A stretch of DNA of 64,000 bases from Acidobacteriota bacterium. GTDB taxonomy: Bacteria; Acidobacteriota; Vicinamibacteria; Marinacidobacterales; Marinacidobacteraceae. A program made the position numbers and the translations under genes. The notes beneath the pieces were generated by a model. It did no database searches. It saw only the letters and a list, made by a program, of their open reading frames with translations, and was not told the origin of the DNA. The DNA lies in assembly GCA_022828085.1 (NCBI GenBank), contig JAJEIY010000001.1, forward strand, positions 35,180 through 99,179, given 5' to 3'. Of the stretch, positions 29,130 to 39,800 are shown piece after piece (within the stretch, counting starts at the first letter, position 1; each line of letters begins with the position of its first letter).

Positions 29130-30572
29130 CTACCGCACCCGGCGCGAGTAGTTCACCCCCACGAAGATCCGGGTGACCTCGCCCGCGTCGTTCACCTCGA
29201 AGCGCACGAGCTCCCCGTGCGCACCGAAGCCGTCGCTTTCCAGCCGGAAGACGTGGGGGGTATCGGTCGGCTTCAGCACCCCCTTCGAACCGTTCGGATC
29301 CTCGGAGAGGGGCGACAGGATCACCAGGTCGTTCTCCTGGCGGAGCACGGCGGTGTCCCCGCTCCGCCTCCGGTAGGTCCCGAGGTAGATGTCCCAGTCG
29401 GAGGACCAGACTGCCGGTTTCTCCTTTTCGGCGCGGGCGGCGGCAAGCGCGGGGGCGACCCATTCGAAAGCCTTGTCGAGGTAGCGGCCGGGATTGCCGT
29501 CACCGCCGTTCGTGAACACGACGACGCCGATCTTCTCCCCCGGGCTGAGCTGCGTCTGGGTCCGGTAGCCGGGATACCCGCCGCCGTGGCCGATCAGGTC
29601 GCGGTCTTCGGTGTGGCGCACCGAGAAACCGAGGCCCCAACCGCTGTTCCAGGAGGACTGGAGCCAGTGGACCCGCTGCATCTCCAGCAGGGTGTTGCTG
29701 GCGAGGACCTCCTCGCTGCGGCGGTCGCGGACCCGCATCTGCCAGGAGAGGAAGCGGAGCATGTCGGGGACCGTGGAGGAAAGGCCGGTCGCGGGGTCGA
29801 ACGACCGCGCGTCCACGAACGGGAAGACCTCGCGGGGGCCATCGGGAATCCGGCGGCCGTAGCCGGTCGCGAGCCGGTCCTGCTGGTCTGCCGGGACCTG
29901 GCCGACGCTGGTGGAGTCCATCCCCAGCGGTTTCAGAATCCCGTCGGTCACGAGGTCGGCGAAGGAGTCGCCGGTGGCGGCTTCGGCCACCATGCCGGCG
30001 AGGGTGAACCCGAGGTTCGAGTACTTCCACTTGGTCTCGGTGGCGTAGGTGGTCTCCTGATCCGAGACCGTTTCCCGCAGGGCCTCGACCTCCGGGAACT
30101 CGAAGTCGGTCCAGGCGGGATGGATGGACTCGCGCGGCAGCCCCGCGGTGTGGGTCAGCAGGTGGCGGACGGTGACCGGCCGCGCCTCCGGATGCCGGTT
30201 CCGGATGTCGAACCACGGCAGGTGCTCGGTGACCGGGTCGTCGAGGCGGAGCTTCCCGGCGTCGCGGGCGCGCATCACCGCGATCGCGGTGAAGAGCTTC
30301 GAGTGGGAGGCGATCCGGAAGATGGAGTCCGCGCTCATCGGGACCGGGGGATCCAGCGAGGCGTGGCCATAGGCCTTCACCCACACCGGTTCCTGGTCGT
30401 GAACGATGCCGATCACCAGCCCGGGCAGGCCGCCGAATTCCATCTGGCTCTGGATCCACGTGTCCAGCAGGGTGATGCCCGCCTGCACCGGGGAGTCGGG
30501 GCTCTCCTGGGCGACGGCCGGGGCCGCCGCGAAGAGCAGGACGAAGAGCAGGGCTCGTACCCGCATGGTCAT
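29130..30572 (-). CDS. Secreted serine hydrolase, beta-lactamase / D-aminopeptidase-like (S12 family) with C-terminal extra domain
   Basis: A signal peptide MTMRVRALLFVLLFAAAPAVAQ precedes an SxxK motif (ASHSK), giving about 480 aa. The track ORF extends to 31232 but the upstream part overlaps the M14 gene. Confidence 0.8.
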   Translation of the reverse strand: MTMRVRALLFVLLFAAAPAVAQESPDSPVQAGITLLDTWIQSQMEFGGLPGLVIGIVHDQEPVWVKAYGHASLDPPVPMSADSIFRIASHSKLFTAIAVMRARDAGKLRLDDPVTEHLPWFDIRNRHPEARPVTVRHLLTHTAGLPRESIHPAWTDFEFPEVEALRETVSDQETTYATETKWKYSNLGFTLAGMVAEAATGDSFADLVTDGILKPLGMDSTSVGQVPADQQDRLATGYGRRIPDGPREVFPFVDARSFDPATGLSSTVPDMLRFLSWQMRVRDRRSEEVLASNTLLEMQRVHWLQSSWNSGWGLGFSVRHTEDRDLIGHGGGYPGYRTQTQLSPGEKIGVVVFTNGGDGNPGRYLDKAFEWVAPALAAARAEKEKPAVWSSDWDIYLGTYRRRSGDTAVLRQENDLVILSPLSEDPNGSKGVLKPTDTPHVFRLESDGFGAHGELVRFEVNDAGEVTRIFVGVNYSRRVR

Positions 30573-30604
30573 TCCTCCCGTCGGAAGACGATGGCGCCGT
30601 CCCC

Positions 30605-33600
30605 CTAGTTCGAGAACTGGTCCCGCCGCGCCGCCTTGACCGGCCGGGGCCGGAAGAGTGACAGCCGCACCCCGTCGGTGAAGTCCTCCTCGAAGCGCTG
30701 GACCTCCCAGTCGCTCTCGTACATGAGCTTCACCACCGACATCAGGTAGCCGAACTGGCCGCGGGCCGCGATCTTGTCCATCCACTCCGGACCCGCCGTC
30801 TCGTCGGGCATGTCGCAGCCGAGATCGAGCACGGTGATCTGCGGGTGGCGCTCGATGAACATCCTCCCGTTCGGATCCGGCCGCTTCCACATCGAGCTCA
30901 CGTAGATCTCGTCGCTGAACGAACCGCCCTCCTGGAACGAATAGGAGTGGTCGAAGAGGATGTTCATCCCTTCGTAGATCTCGAGCCGGAACGGGTCGGG
31001 CTGGTAGCGGCGGGCGTACTTCTCGAAGCGGTGGACGAGACGCTCGTTCGCGGCGCGGATGTCGGCGACGCCCTGCACCTCCTCGATGATCCGCTCCCGC
31101 AGCTCGGCTCCCACGGGCTTGTGGTCCGGGTAGTTCGGATCGTCGATGTGATGCAGGTTGATGTGGTAGCCGCGGGGGATCCAGAAAGCCAGGAACCAGG
31201 GCACCTTGTAGCCGGCGAACTGGTGGACCCACTCGTGGCTCGGGTAGCCGTGGGGGTTCATGTAGACGTCCGGGAGCCAGCGGTAGTAGATCTGCCGGCG
31301 CACCAGGGCCTCGGGCAAAAGCGGATCGTCATCCCAGATATAGGCGCCCACGTCCCGCGCCACCGAACTCCAGTAGCCGCCGTGCAGGATGTAGGTCGGC
31401 CGGAGCTTGTGGAACTCGAAGTGGTTCGCCGCCCCGTCCGGGTTCTCCATCGGGTGGTAGACGATGTTCATCCGTTCCAGGTACTTCCGGTAGTCGGGAT
31501 CGGTCGCCACCAGTTCCATGAACCGCATGGCCCCACTGGTCGCCGAGACCTCGTTCGAGTGCTGGCGGGTGGTGATGAAGAGGACGGGCTTCAGCGCGCT
31601 TGCCTTCGCCTGCGAGAAGAGCTGGGCCTCGTGCGGCAGCATCACGTCCATCGCCCAGACGTTCCGGCCGCGGTAGGTGCGGCCCGCGACGTAGGCGTTG
31701 AACTCGGGGAAGCTTTGGAGCCGCGGGATGAGTTCCTCCTCCAGTTCGTCCGGTCCGATCACATGGTCCCAGGTGACGAACTGCTCGCCGGGGGTCGGCT
31801 CGATGGTCTCGATACCGCCCGGCTGGGTGAGGAGCGTCGGGTCCACCGGCCGCACCGACTCCTCGATCGCCGCGTTCCCGATCCGCGCCGACAGCGCCAA
31901 TTCCTCAAGCCGCGCGTAGCCGAGCGCCGTCCGGAGCGCGCCGGCGGCCTGCATCTCTCGGAGACCCTCCACCATCCGCCCGACGGTCCGGGCCGTCTCG
32001 AAGTCCTCGGCATCCACACTGGCCGTAAGCCGCGCGGCGCCCTCGGCGCCCGCCCGCACCTTCACCGAAGTGATCCGGGGCCGCGATACGTCCAGCTCGG
32101 TCAGCCCGATCCGGCGCTCGCCCACCGCGCCGTCCCGCGTCGTCCACTGCACCGCGATCTCGGGGTGCGGCACGGCGTTGCCCACGAACCGCACCCGCAC
32201 CTCGGGCGGACCCTCCCGCGGCGGATGGATCATCGGCATGAGCCGCCCGGGGGCAACCTCCCGGCTCCCCGATTCCTGGCCGCTGAAGATGCCCCAGAAG
32301 TCGATGGTGCTGAAGGTGAGGTCCTCGTGGAGCGAGTCCATCGGGGAGATCCGCTCCTCATCGAGGTCCAGCCGGAAGTCCGGCTCGCTCATCTTGATGT
32401 CCAGGAAGAAGTCCCGGAAGAAGGGCTGGTTCCTGAGGCTCAGGTCGCCCCGGGTGTACTCCCGCGCGTACTCGAACATCCTCGGCTGCGCGTCGTGCTG
32501 GTAGTAGTCCCAGAGGCGCTCGGGATCGGTGCGGACGTGGACGTCGGCGATCTCCTCGCCGTTCACCAACGCCCGGAACCCGCCGGTCGTGGCGTGGATG
32601 CTGGCGGTCGGGACGTAGGGGAAGTACTCGCGCGTCATGAAGCGCGGCGCGAAGCGGTCCTCGTGCAGCACCCGTCCCACGTCGTCCGTGACCTCCACCT
32701 CGTACTCCATCGGCCCCTCGTCCACCTTCACGAACTCGGTGTCATCCACGTCGATCCCCAGTTCCCGCGCCAGGATCCAGTCGATCGGGAAGATCTCCTG
32801 GAGCCAGCGGATGTCCTGCCCGTACCAGCGCTCGTTCGCCGGGTAGTGCGCGGTCGGGAACCGCACCGTGATCCGGCCGACGTCCTGGCCCTGGACCGCG
32901 GGGAGCACGTAGTCGGCGAGCCAGCTGAACCCCTGCTTGTAGGCGCAGATGACCCGGACCCGGGTCTCCGCGGCGCCGGCTTCACGGAGCGCGGACTCGA
33001 ACTCCTCCTGGAGCCGCATCCGGATTTCGGGCGACTCGCTGACCAGGATCTCGACCTCCACCCGGTCCCCGGCGCCGACCCGCGACACGACGTCGGCGGT
33101 GAACCGCTCCCGCAGTTCGTCCACCTCCCAGCCGAGGTCGAGTTCCTCGTCGAAGACGGTGACCGGCCCGTAGCGTGAGGCCGCCGTGACGGAGACCTCC
33201 GGTACCCCGGTCGCCTCCCGGAGCCGCTCCTCCAGGAACACCCCCACTTCCGCGCTGGCCTCTTCGAGGAAGACGTCCACTTCCAGCGACGTGATGTCAC
33301 CGCCGGACCACATCCCGCTCAGGTCGTCGAGGTGGACGAGCGCCCGGGCCGCCTGCCCGGCGCTGGAGCGCGACCGCAGGAAGGCGCGAGCGTCCTCCTC
33401 GATGGCGCTGAAGTCCACCTCGCCGCGGCGGGTCTCCCAGAGCGAGGGGAGCCGTCCGGCCAGATACGCCGCCGCGGCGTCGAGCCCGGAGGCGTCACCG
33501 CCGCGGACCCGCACCGCCGGGGAGTCTCCGAACGCGCCCGGGACGATCTCCACGACTCCCTCGCCGGGGTCGAGCGCCCGGCCGCCCGGTAGCGACGCCG

Positions 33601-34765
33601 CGAGATTCCCCGGGCCGATCAGCACCGGATTCGGGAGCACCGACGGATCCTCGATGTCCCCCTCCACGAAGGCGATCGGGAGGGTCAGGCCGGTGGTCTC
33701 GAGCCCGATGCGGGCGGCGAGGTCCACCGCGCCCAGTACCGGGCCGGCCCCGGCGCCGATGACGAGCACCGTCTCGGACTCGTCGGGGATCATGTCGTCC
33801 CCGCGCGAGTCGCCGAGCAGGCCGTCCGTCGTGTAGAGCTTCGTCAGATTCAGCGGCGCGGCTTTCGGCTGCCACGGGTTCTCCGGGAAACGGCTCTTGT
33901 AGGGAGGCCCGAACCGGTCCACCACCACCCCGTTCCCGTCGGGGAGCTGGAAATCGAGGGCTCCCGCGCCGTAGTAGTTGAGCCGCACCGCCCGGCGGTC
34001 GGTGAACCGCGCCTGTCCCACGCGGTGGTCGGCGGCGAGCTCGTCGAGAACCTCGGCGGCGTTCCCGGGATCCACCACGTCGAGCGCCATGACGAGGCGG
34101 GTGACCTGCTCCCGGCCGTCTTCGTAGACGGCTTCGGTGGCCCGGACCCCGTCCACGTCCACCCGGCTCTCGCCCAGAAACTCCTCGACGTCGTCCATCA
34201 CCGAGGAGATCGTGTCGCTCCGGAGCTGCCACAGGTAGGGCAATCGGGCGGAGGCCGAGTTCGCCGCGTAGAGCGTCCCCGCCGGGTCGGCGCCGGCGAC
34301 CACGACCGCGTCCGGACCCCCGAACGGGGCCGGGACGATGGCGAAGAGCCCCTGCCCCGGCGTCAGTCCGGCGAGGCTGATGCGCCCATCCTCCTCGAGT
34401 TGCCGGACCCAGCGGTTCGACCGGCCCACCAGGAAGAGCGGCGGGGTCTCCGCGCCGGGTTCGATGTCCGCATCGAGGACCGCCAGGCCGGGCGTGAAGG
34501 CCGACGACTCGAAGCCCAGCCGGGCCGCGATGTTGGCGGCGGCCGCCACCTCCTCGGGCGCCGGACTGGCGGGCAGCACGATCCGGGCGTTGATGAAGTC
34601 CACCACGCCGTCGCCGTTCCGGTCCTCGAGGAAGACGCCGGGAGCGAAGACGTCCTCGAGTCCGGCGAGGGACTGGTCCTGTTGCGCCTTTCCCGCCGGG
34701 GCGGAGTAGAGCAGGGTGAGGGCCGTGAGCGGCCCCACGATCCACGCGGTGCGCTTCGGACGCAT
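30605..34765 (-). CDS. Very large secreted protein (1386 aa) with C-terminal M14 zinc carboxypeptidase domain
   Basis: A signal peptide MRPKRTAWIVGPLTALTLLYSAPAGKAQ precedes about 1000 aa with no recognised domain. The C-terminal region has M14 motifs HSNE (HxxE zinc ligands) and HPMENPDG. Confidence 0.75.
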   Translation of the reverse strand: MRPKRTAWIVGPLTALTLLYSAPAGKAQQDQSLAGLEDVFAPGVFLEDRNGDGVVDFINARIVLPASPAPEEVAAAANIAARLGFESSAFTPGLAVLDADIEPGAETPPLFLVGRSNRWVRQLEEDGRISLAGLTPGQGLFAIVPAPFGGPDAVVVAGADPAGTLYAANSASARLPYLWQLRSDTISSVMDDVEEFLGESRVDVDGVRATEAVYEDGREQVTRLVMALDVVDPGNAAEVLDELAADHRVGQARFTDRRAVRLNYYGAGALDFQLPDGNGVVVDRFGPPYKSRFPENPWQPKAAPLNLTKLYTTDGLLGDSRGDDMIPDESETVLVIGAGAGPVLGAVDLAARIGLETTGLTLPIAFVEGDIEDPSVLPNPVLIGPGNLAASLPGGRALDPGEGVVEIVPGAFGDSPAVRVRGGDASGLDAAAAYLAGRLPSLWETRRGEVDFSAIEEDARAFLRSRSSAGQAARALVHLDDLSGMWSGGDITSLEVDVFLEEASAEVGVFLEERLREATGVPEVSVTAASRYGPVTVFDEELDLGWEVDELRERFTADVVSRVGAGDRVEVEILVSESPEIRMRLQEEFESALREAGAAETRVRVICAYKQGFSWLADYVLPAVQGQDVGRITVRFPTAHYPANERWYGQDIRWLQEIFPIDWILARELGIDVDDTEFVKVDEGPMEYEVEVTDDVGRVLHEDRFAPRFMTREYFPYVPTASIHATTGGFRALVNGEEIADVHVRTDPERLWDYYQHDAQPRMFEYAREYTRGDLSLRNQPFFRDFFLDIKMSEPDFRLDLDEERISPMDSLHEDLTFSTIDFWGIFSGQESGSREVAPGRLMPMIHPPREGPPEVRVRFVGNAVPHPEIAVQWTTRDGAVGERRIGLTELDVSRPRITSVKVRAGAEGAARLTASVDAEDFETARTVGRMVEGLREMQAAGALRTALGYARLEELALSARIGNAAIEESVRPVDPTLLTQPGGIETIEPTPGEQFVTWDHVIGPDELEEELIPRLQSFPEFNAYVAGRTYRGRNVWAMDVMLPHEAQLFSQAKASALKPVLFITTRQHSNEVSATSGAMRFMELVATDPDYRKYLERMNIVYHPMENPDGAANHFEFHKLRPTYILHGGYWSSVARDVGAYIWDDDPLLPEALVRRQIYYRWLPDVYMNPHGYPSHEWVHQFAGYKVPWFLAFWIPRGYHINLHHIDDPNYPDHKPVGAELRERIIEEVQGVADIRAANERLVHRFEKYARRYQPDPFRLEIYEGMNILFDHSYSFQEGGSFSDEIYVSSMWKRPDPNGRMFIERHPQITVLDLGCDMPDETAGPEWMDKIAARGQFGYLMSVVKLMYESDWEVQRFEEDFTDGVRLSLFRPRPVKAARRDQFSN

Positions 34766-34776
34766 GACGTACTCCC

Positions 34777-37700
34777 TTATTGGCGTTCGGATTCCACGAT
34801 GCCGCGGAGCTCCGCGAGCAGTCCGGTGAGCACCGGATCCAGGTCGTCGAACCGCTCGAACGCGGAATCGGTCGGCTGCGAGTCAGCCCCCTCGACGTAC
34901 CCGTACAGAAGGTCGAGCTGCTGGATGAGCTTCGGGGCGTAGTCCTGGTCCTCGCGGTCGAAGTCCTCGGGAAGCGGCACCAGTTCCCGTTCGATCCGGG
35001 TGAGCCGTTCCGCGACGGACGCCGACGCCCCCTCGCGCAGCTCCCGGATCTCCGCCACCGCCCGGTGGAGATCCGTGATCCGGTCCCGGATCCTGAGCAG
35101 CAGATCGAACTGGCTCTGGAACTCCTCGGCCGTCGTCGTCACCCGCGGATCGGGCAGCACCTCGATCGGCTGCGTCCCGCTCCAACCCTCGGTCGAGACC
35201 CGGACCTGGTACGTCCCCGGCACCACCAGCGGCCCGAGCGGCGCCCCGCCGAACGCCGAGGGATGCCTGAGATCCCATACGAAGCGGTTCAGCCCCGCAT
35301 TGAAGAAGGTGCTCTCCTCCTTGAAGAAGGGCGCCTCCGGCCGGGCGATCACCGAGGGGTCCCTGGGGTCGTCCTCGCTTGAGAACCGCCGGAGGACCTC
35401 CCCCGCCCCGTCGAGGATCTCGAGGGTCACCTCACCCTCGGGAGCCTCGGCGAACCAGGTGTAGATCGTCGTGCCGTTCGGCGCGTCGGTGCCCTGCCGG
35501 TCCCGGGTGATGCGGGCGCCACCGTAGAGGTCCCGCGGGTTGGCCACCGACCGCCAGCCTCCCACGTACTCGTCCACGGCCTCCTCTTCCGCGGTCCGCA
35601 CCCGGTGGGCGTCCCGCGGCGCGAAGAGATGCGCGCCCGACGCCGCCACCTCATCCGTCAACTGGTGGAGCGGGGACAGGTCGTCGAGGATCCAGAAGGA
35701 ACGGCCCTTCGTCGAGAGCACCAGGTCTTTCTCGTGGACGACCAGGTCGGTCACGGGGGCCACCGGGAAGTTGAGCTGGAGCGACTGCCAGTGCGCGCCG
35801 TCGTCGAAGGACACGAACACCCCGTATTCGGTGCCGGCGTAGAGCAGACCTTTCCGGTCGGGATCCTCCCGGACCACCCGTACCCATTGGTCGGCGGGGA
35901 TCCCGTTCGTCCCGTCGGTGAGCAGCGTCCAGGTCTCCCCGAAGTCGTCGGTGCGGAAGACGTAGGGCCGGAAGTCGTCGAGGCGGAAACGCACTACCGA
36001 GATGAAGGCGCGCCCCGCGGTGTGCGGGGAGACCTCCAGGATGTTCACCGTCCCCGAGTCCGGCATGTCCGCCGGGGTGATGTTCCGCCAGTTCTCCCCG
36101 CCGTCCCGGGAGAGGTGGACGAGCCCGTCGTCGGTGCCGGCCCAGAGCACGCCGGGAATGTGCTTCGATTCGGCCAGCGCGAAGATCGTGCAGTAGACCT
36201 CCTCGCTCGTCACCTCCCGGGTGATGGGGCCGCCCCAGGTGTTCATCCGCTCCGGGTCGCCCGTCGTCAGGTCGGGGCTGATGATCTCCCAGGTCTGGCC
36301 CTCGTTCGTCGAGCGGTGGACCACGTGCGAGGCGTGGTAGAGCACGTTCGGGTCGTGCGGCGAGAGCACGATGGGCGCGGTCCGCTGGAACCGGTAGCGG
36401 AGATGTTTCGCCGGCATCCCCCCCACCTCGGGATACGCCTTGATGGGCCGGATCTGGCCGGTCGCGCGGTCGAAACGGGTGATCGCTCCGCTCGTGCTCC
36501 CGGAGAAGACGATGTTCGGGTTGTCGGGCCGGATGACCGCAACCCCGCCCTCCATGCCGCCGACGCCGTCCCAGTGCTGGAGCTGGAGGCGCATTCCGTA
36601 GTGGCCGGACCGGCTCGGCACCGAGATCACCTCCCAGGTGTCCTGCGCCGAGCCGTAGACCCGGTAGGGGAACTGGTTGTCCACGCTCACCCGGTACATC
36701 TCGGAAGTCGGCTGGTTTAACTGGCTCGACCAGGTGCGGCCGGCATTCCAGGAGACGTTCGCGCCGCCGTCGTTGCCCTGCACCATGATCCGGTTGTTGC
36801 CGGGGTTGATCCAGAGGTCGTGGTTGTCGCCGTGCGGGGTTGCGATGAGGTCGAACGTCTCCCCGGCGTCGTCCGAGCGGTGGAAGTAGCGGCTCACCAC
36901 GTAGACCCGGTCCACGTCCACCGGGTCCGCGTAGATGTGCATGTAGTACCAGGGCCGGTTCTGGAGTTCGCGGTCGTCGTTGATGAGCTGGAAGGACGCG
37001 CCGGCGTCGTCCGAGCGGTAGACGCCGCCGTCCCGGGCCTCCACGAGGGCCCAGACCCGGTTCGGATTCGCGGCGGACACGGAGACTCCCGTCCGCCCGA
37101 TCATTCCCGTGGGAAGTCCGTTCGTGAGTTCGGTCCAGGTATCCCCGCCGTCCGTGGTCTTGTAGATGCCGCCCTCCTCACTGCCCGAGATGATGGTCCA
37201 GGGCTTCCGCTCCGCGGTCCACATGGTGGCGTAGAGCACGCTCGGGTCGGACGGGTCCATCGCGATGTCGTTCGCACCGGTCCGCTCGCTGACGTAGAGC
37301 ACCTTCTCCCAGGTGGCGCCGCCGTCGGTGGTCCGGAACACCCCGCGCATCTCGTTCGGCCCGAAGGCGTGGCCCAGGACCGCCGCGAAGGCGACGTCGG
37401 GATCTTGCGGATGGATCACCACGCGGCCGATCTGCCCGGCGTCATGAAGCCCGACGTTCGTCCAGCTTTCGCCACCGTCGGTGGACTTGTAGATCCCGTC
37501 TCCGGGGGAGATGTTGCCCCGGATGCAGGCCGAGCCGCTGCCGGCGTAAACGACGGCCGGGTCGGAGTCTGCCACATCGATGGCGCCGATCGAACTCGAG
37601 CCGTAGTACCCGTCCGAGACGTTGACCCAGCTCTCGCCGGCGTCCGTGGTCTTCCAGAGCCCGCCGCCGTTCGTGCCCATGAAGTAGGTCCAGGGCTCTT

Positions 37701-37863
37701 CGGCGATGCCGGTCACCGCGGTGACCCGGGAGCCCTTGTGGGGCCCGATCATGCGGTACTTGAGCGCCTGGTAAGTGGCGGGGTCGTAGACGTCGTTCTG
37801 CGTGCCGCCAGCGGCCGGCGCCGCGAAGAGCGTCAGGGCCAGTAGCCGGGTGGTGAGTCTCAT
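34777..37863 (-). CDS. Secreted BNR/Asp-box repeat double beta-propeller protein (sialidase/GH74/sortilin-like)
   Basis: At least nine Asp-box-like repeats are present (TTDGGATWEKV, TTDGGDTWTEL, STNEGQTWEII, SRDGGENWRNI, TDDFGETWTLL and others). A signal peptide MRLTTRLLALTLFAAPAAG leads a protein of about 1030 aa. Confidence 0.8.
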   Translation of the reverse strand: MRLTTRLLALTLFAAPAAGGTQNDVYDPATYQALKYRMIGPHKGSRVTAVTGIAEEPWTYFMGTNGGGLWKTTDAGESWVNVSDGYYGSSSIGAIDVADSDPAVVYAGSGSACIRGNISPGDGIYKSTDGGESWTNVGLHDAGQIGRVVIHPQDPDVAFAAVLGHAFGPNEMRGVFRTTDGGATWEKVLYVSERTGANDIAMDPSDPSVLYATMWTAERKPWTIISGSEEGGIYKTTDGGDTWTELTNGLPTGMIGRTGVSVSAANPNRVWALVEARDGGVYRSDDAGASFQLINDDRELQNRPWYYMHIYADPVDVDRVYVVSRYFHRSDDAGETFDLIATPHGDNHDLWINPGNNRIMVQGNDGGANVSWNAGRTWSSQLNQPTSEMYRVSVDNQFPYRVYGSAQDTWEVISVPSRSGHYGMRLQLQHWDGVGGMEGGVAVIRPDNPNIVFSGSTSGAITRFDRATGQIRPIKAYPEVGGMPAKHLRYRFQRTAPIVLSPHDPNVLYHASHVVHRSTNEGQTWEIISPDLTTGDPERMNTWGGPITREVTSEEVYCTIFALAESKHIPGVLWAGTDDGLVHLSRDGGENWRNITPADMPDSGTVNILEVSPHTAGRAFISVVRFRLDDFRPYVFRTDDFGETWTLLTDGTNGIPADQWVRVVREDPDRKGLLYAGTEYGVFVSFDDGAHWQSLQLNFPVAPVTDLVVHEKDLVLSTKGRSFWILDDLSPLHQLTDEVAASGAHLFAPRDAHRVRTAEEEAVDEYVGGWRSVANPRDLYGGARITRDRQGTDAPNGTTIYTWFAEAPEGEVTLEILDGAGEVLRRFSSEDDPRDPSVIARPEAPFFKEESTFFNAGLNRFVWDLRHPSAFGGAPLGPLVVPGTYQVRVSTEGWSGTQPIEVLPDPRVTTTAEEFQSQFDLLLRIRDRITDLHRAVAEIRELREGASASVAERLTRIERELVPLPEDFDREDQDYAPKLIQQLDLLYGYVEGADSQPTDSAFERFDDLDPVLTGLLAELRGIVESERQ

Positions 37864-37909
37864 CGTTGCTCCTTTCTGCGGAAGGGACGATCGGGGCACG
37901 GCCTCCCCG

Positions 37910-38422
37910 TTACTCGAGCCGACGATAGATCACCTGAACGGCGGGCCCGGACTCCTCGGTACGGCGGGGCAGGTCCACGAACATCCGGTCGCCCTCCACC
38001 CGGACTTTGGCGACCGATTCGAGGCCGATGATGTCCGGCCCGAGGCTGACGTCCCACTGGCGCCGGAGCGTGTCCCCCTCGATCTGGTAGGTGCCGGCGG
38101 TACCGGAGTAGTTGAGAAGCTGCTCGTAGTGCGCCACCTGTTCCTCGGGCGGGAGTTCCGCGAGTTCCGCGGCCGAACGGGCGGTCCGGTTGTTGTCCAT
38201 GCGGGCAAGGCAGTGGTAGCCGTTCGTGAAGACCCAGATGCCGCTCCAGGTGGAGTCGTCCCGGACCAGCTCCCCAGTCTCGGTGTTCGTCTCCGAGACG
38301 AAGGCCCAGACCCCGGTGATGAGGGTGCCCTCGTCCTCCTCTTCCATCGGGGGCGCCGGGGTGCAAGCGGCCAGCAAGAGCGCAGCACTCGCCGCGAGCA
38401 GCAACAGATCGGTGGTCTTCAT
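37910..38422 (-). CDS. Lipoprotein, lipocalin-like small secreted protein (hypothetical)
   Basis: MKTTDLLLLAASAALLLAAC supplies a signal and lipobox Cys, and the protein is 170 aa. Confidence 0.55.
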   Translation of the reverse strand: MKTTDLLLLAASAALLLAACTPAPPMEEEDEGTLITGVWAFVSETNTETGELVRDDSTWSGIWVFTNGYHCLARMDNNRTARSAAELAELPPEEQVAHYEQLLNYSGTAGTYQIEGDTLRRQWDVSLGPDIIGLESVAKVRVEGDRMFVDLPRRTEESGPAVQVIYRRLE

Positions 38423-38450
38423 ATCGGATCTCCCCTGAGTTCTTCGGATC

Positions 38451-39800
38451 TCACACCGCCTCCGAAGGCCGGTAGAAGTTGAAGTTCGCGACCCGGAGCG
38501 CCGGCATCAGGTTGCCGTTCAGGCCCGAGGACCCGAAGCTCGCCGCGTTGTAGGGACGTGACGCGTCCTCGATGTTGTTTGCGAACTCGTCGAGCCGCAG
38601 CGAATACCAGGCGTTTTCGAGCGGCCCGGCGAGCTGGCCGTCCTCGATCCGGAAGAGACCGTTCCGCGTCATCCCGTTGACATGCGGCGGATCGATGGTC
38701 CGGAGCATGGTGTTCCAGTTCTGGGTCATCAGGATCCCCCGGTCCACGCCCGCGATCACGTCTTCGAGCGACTTCGACGCACCGTCCCCCACCAGGTGGA
38801 CCGCGGGACCGTTCTCCCCGCCCGGCACGTTGCGGAGCACGCCTTCCTCGACCCAGACCCGTTCCCCGAGCGGCATGCCGCCGGGACCGTAGGGGCTCCC
38901 CATGATCTGCGGATGGCCGGGTTGGGTGCTGAGACTCAGGTGTTCGCTCGCCACCCGGGCGCCCGCCTCGGACGGGGTCCCCCAGGCGCCCACGGTGCGC
39001 GCCGACCCGCTCCAGAGCCGCATCAGGAGCCCGATGAAAGAGGCAGCCGCCGACGGCTCGAGCACGACCGTGTGCGGCCCCATCTCGAACGGCTGCGGGT
39101 CCACCGAACCGAGCGCCTTCCGGGTCGCGACGTCGGTGATCCCGGGGATGTCCAGATCGGCGAAGCGCCGCCGGTCCCCGACCGCCGCCCAGCCGGAACC
39201 GACACGGCTCGAATCGCGCCCGGTGGTGGCGTCGGAACGCACGGTGACCGCGTACCCGGTCTTGGTCGCCCGCCGGTAGAACCAGGCGCCGGCGCTGTTC
39301 GCGTGCGCCTCCAGCGTGTCGTCCACGTGGAAGTAGCCCGAGCCGTTCAGCCCCTCGGCTTGCAGGCGCTCGATCACCCCGGCCACGGGCTGGTGTCGCT
39401 CCTCGTCGGTGAGCGCCGCGGTCGCCTCGTCGAAACCCGGGATTTCCGGGTACTCCTCGGGACCATGGAGCGGCCGGTGGGACCCGTTCGGGGCGGCCGC
39501 CCGGGCGATCGCCTCCGCGCGCGCCACCGCATCGCGGATCCCCGCCGGGTCGAGCTGATTCGTGATCGCGGCCCCTTCCCGGTTGCCGAAGGCCACGTGC
39601 ACCTGGAGCGGGTGGCAGGGCATCACCACCGTGTCGTCCCGGATGTAGCTGTTCGAGAAGCGGATGACCTTGGTGGATCCGCAGACGACCTCCCGGTTCA
39701 CCTCGTGGTACCAGGCCATCGTGAGTTCGACCTCGTCCGCGGTGGCCGCCTCGAACGCGGTGTCGAAAATGCCGCGGACCTGCTCTTCAGTGAGGATCAA
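38451..39800 (-). CDS. pmbA: TldD/PmbA family metallopeptidase (PmbA/TldE-like partner), no signal peptide
   Basis: TldD/PmbA-family homology runs from LILTEEQVRGIFDTAFEAATADEVELTMAWYHEVN to the C-terminus. The inferred TTG start overlaps the tldD stop as TTGA. The upstream part of the track ORF is antisense/frame junk. Confidence 0.65.
   Translation of the reverse strand: MILTEEQVRGIFDTAFEAATADEVELTMAWYHEVNREVVCGSTKVIRFSNSYIRDDTVVMPCHPLQVHVAFGNREGAAITNQLDPAGIRDAVARAEAIARAAAPNGSHRPLHGPEEYPEIPGFDEATAALTDEERHQPVAGVIERLQAEGLNGSGYFHVDDTLEAHANSAGAWFYRRATKTGYAVTVRSDATTGRDSSRVGSGWAAVGDRRRFADLDIPGITDVATRKALGSVDPQPFEMGPHTVVLEPSAAASFIGLLMRLWSGSARTVGAWGTPSEAGARVASEHLSLSTQPGHPQIMGSPYGPGGMPLGERVWVEEGVLRNVPGGENGPAVHLVGDGASKSLEDVIAGVDRGILMTQNWNTMLRTIDPPHVNGMTRNGLFRIEDGQLAGPLENAWYSLRLDEFANNIEDASRPYNAASFGSSGLNGNLMPALRVANFNFYRPSEAV

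Noticed and set aside
30845-33178. 777-aa plus-strand ORF
   Set aside because: It is antisense to the large M14 carboxypeptidase gene.
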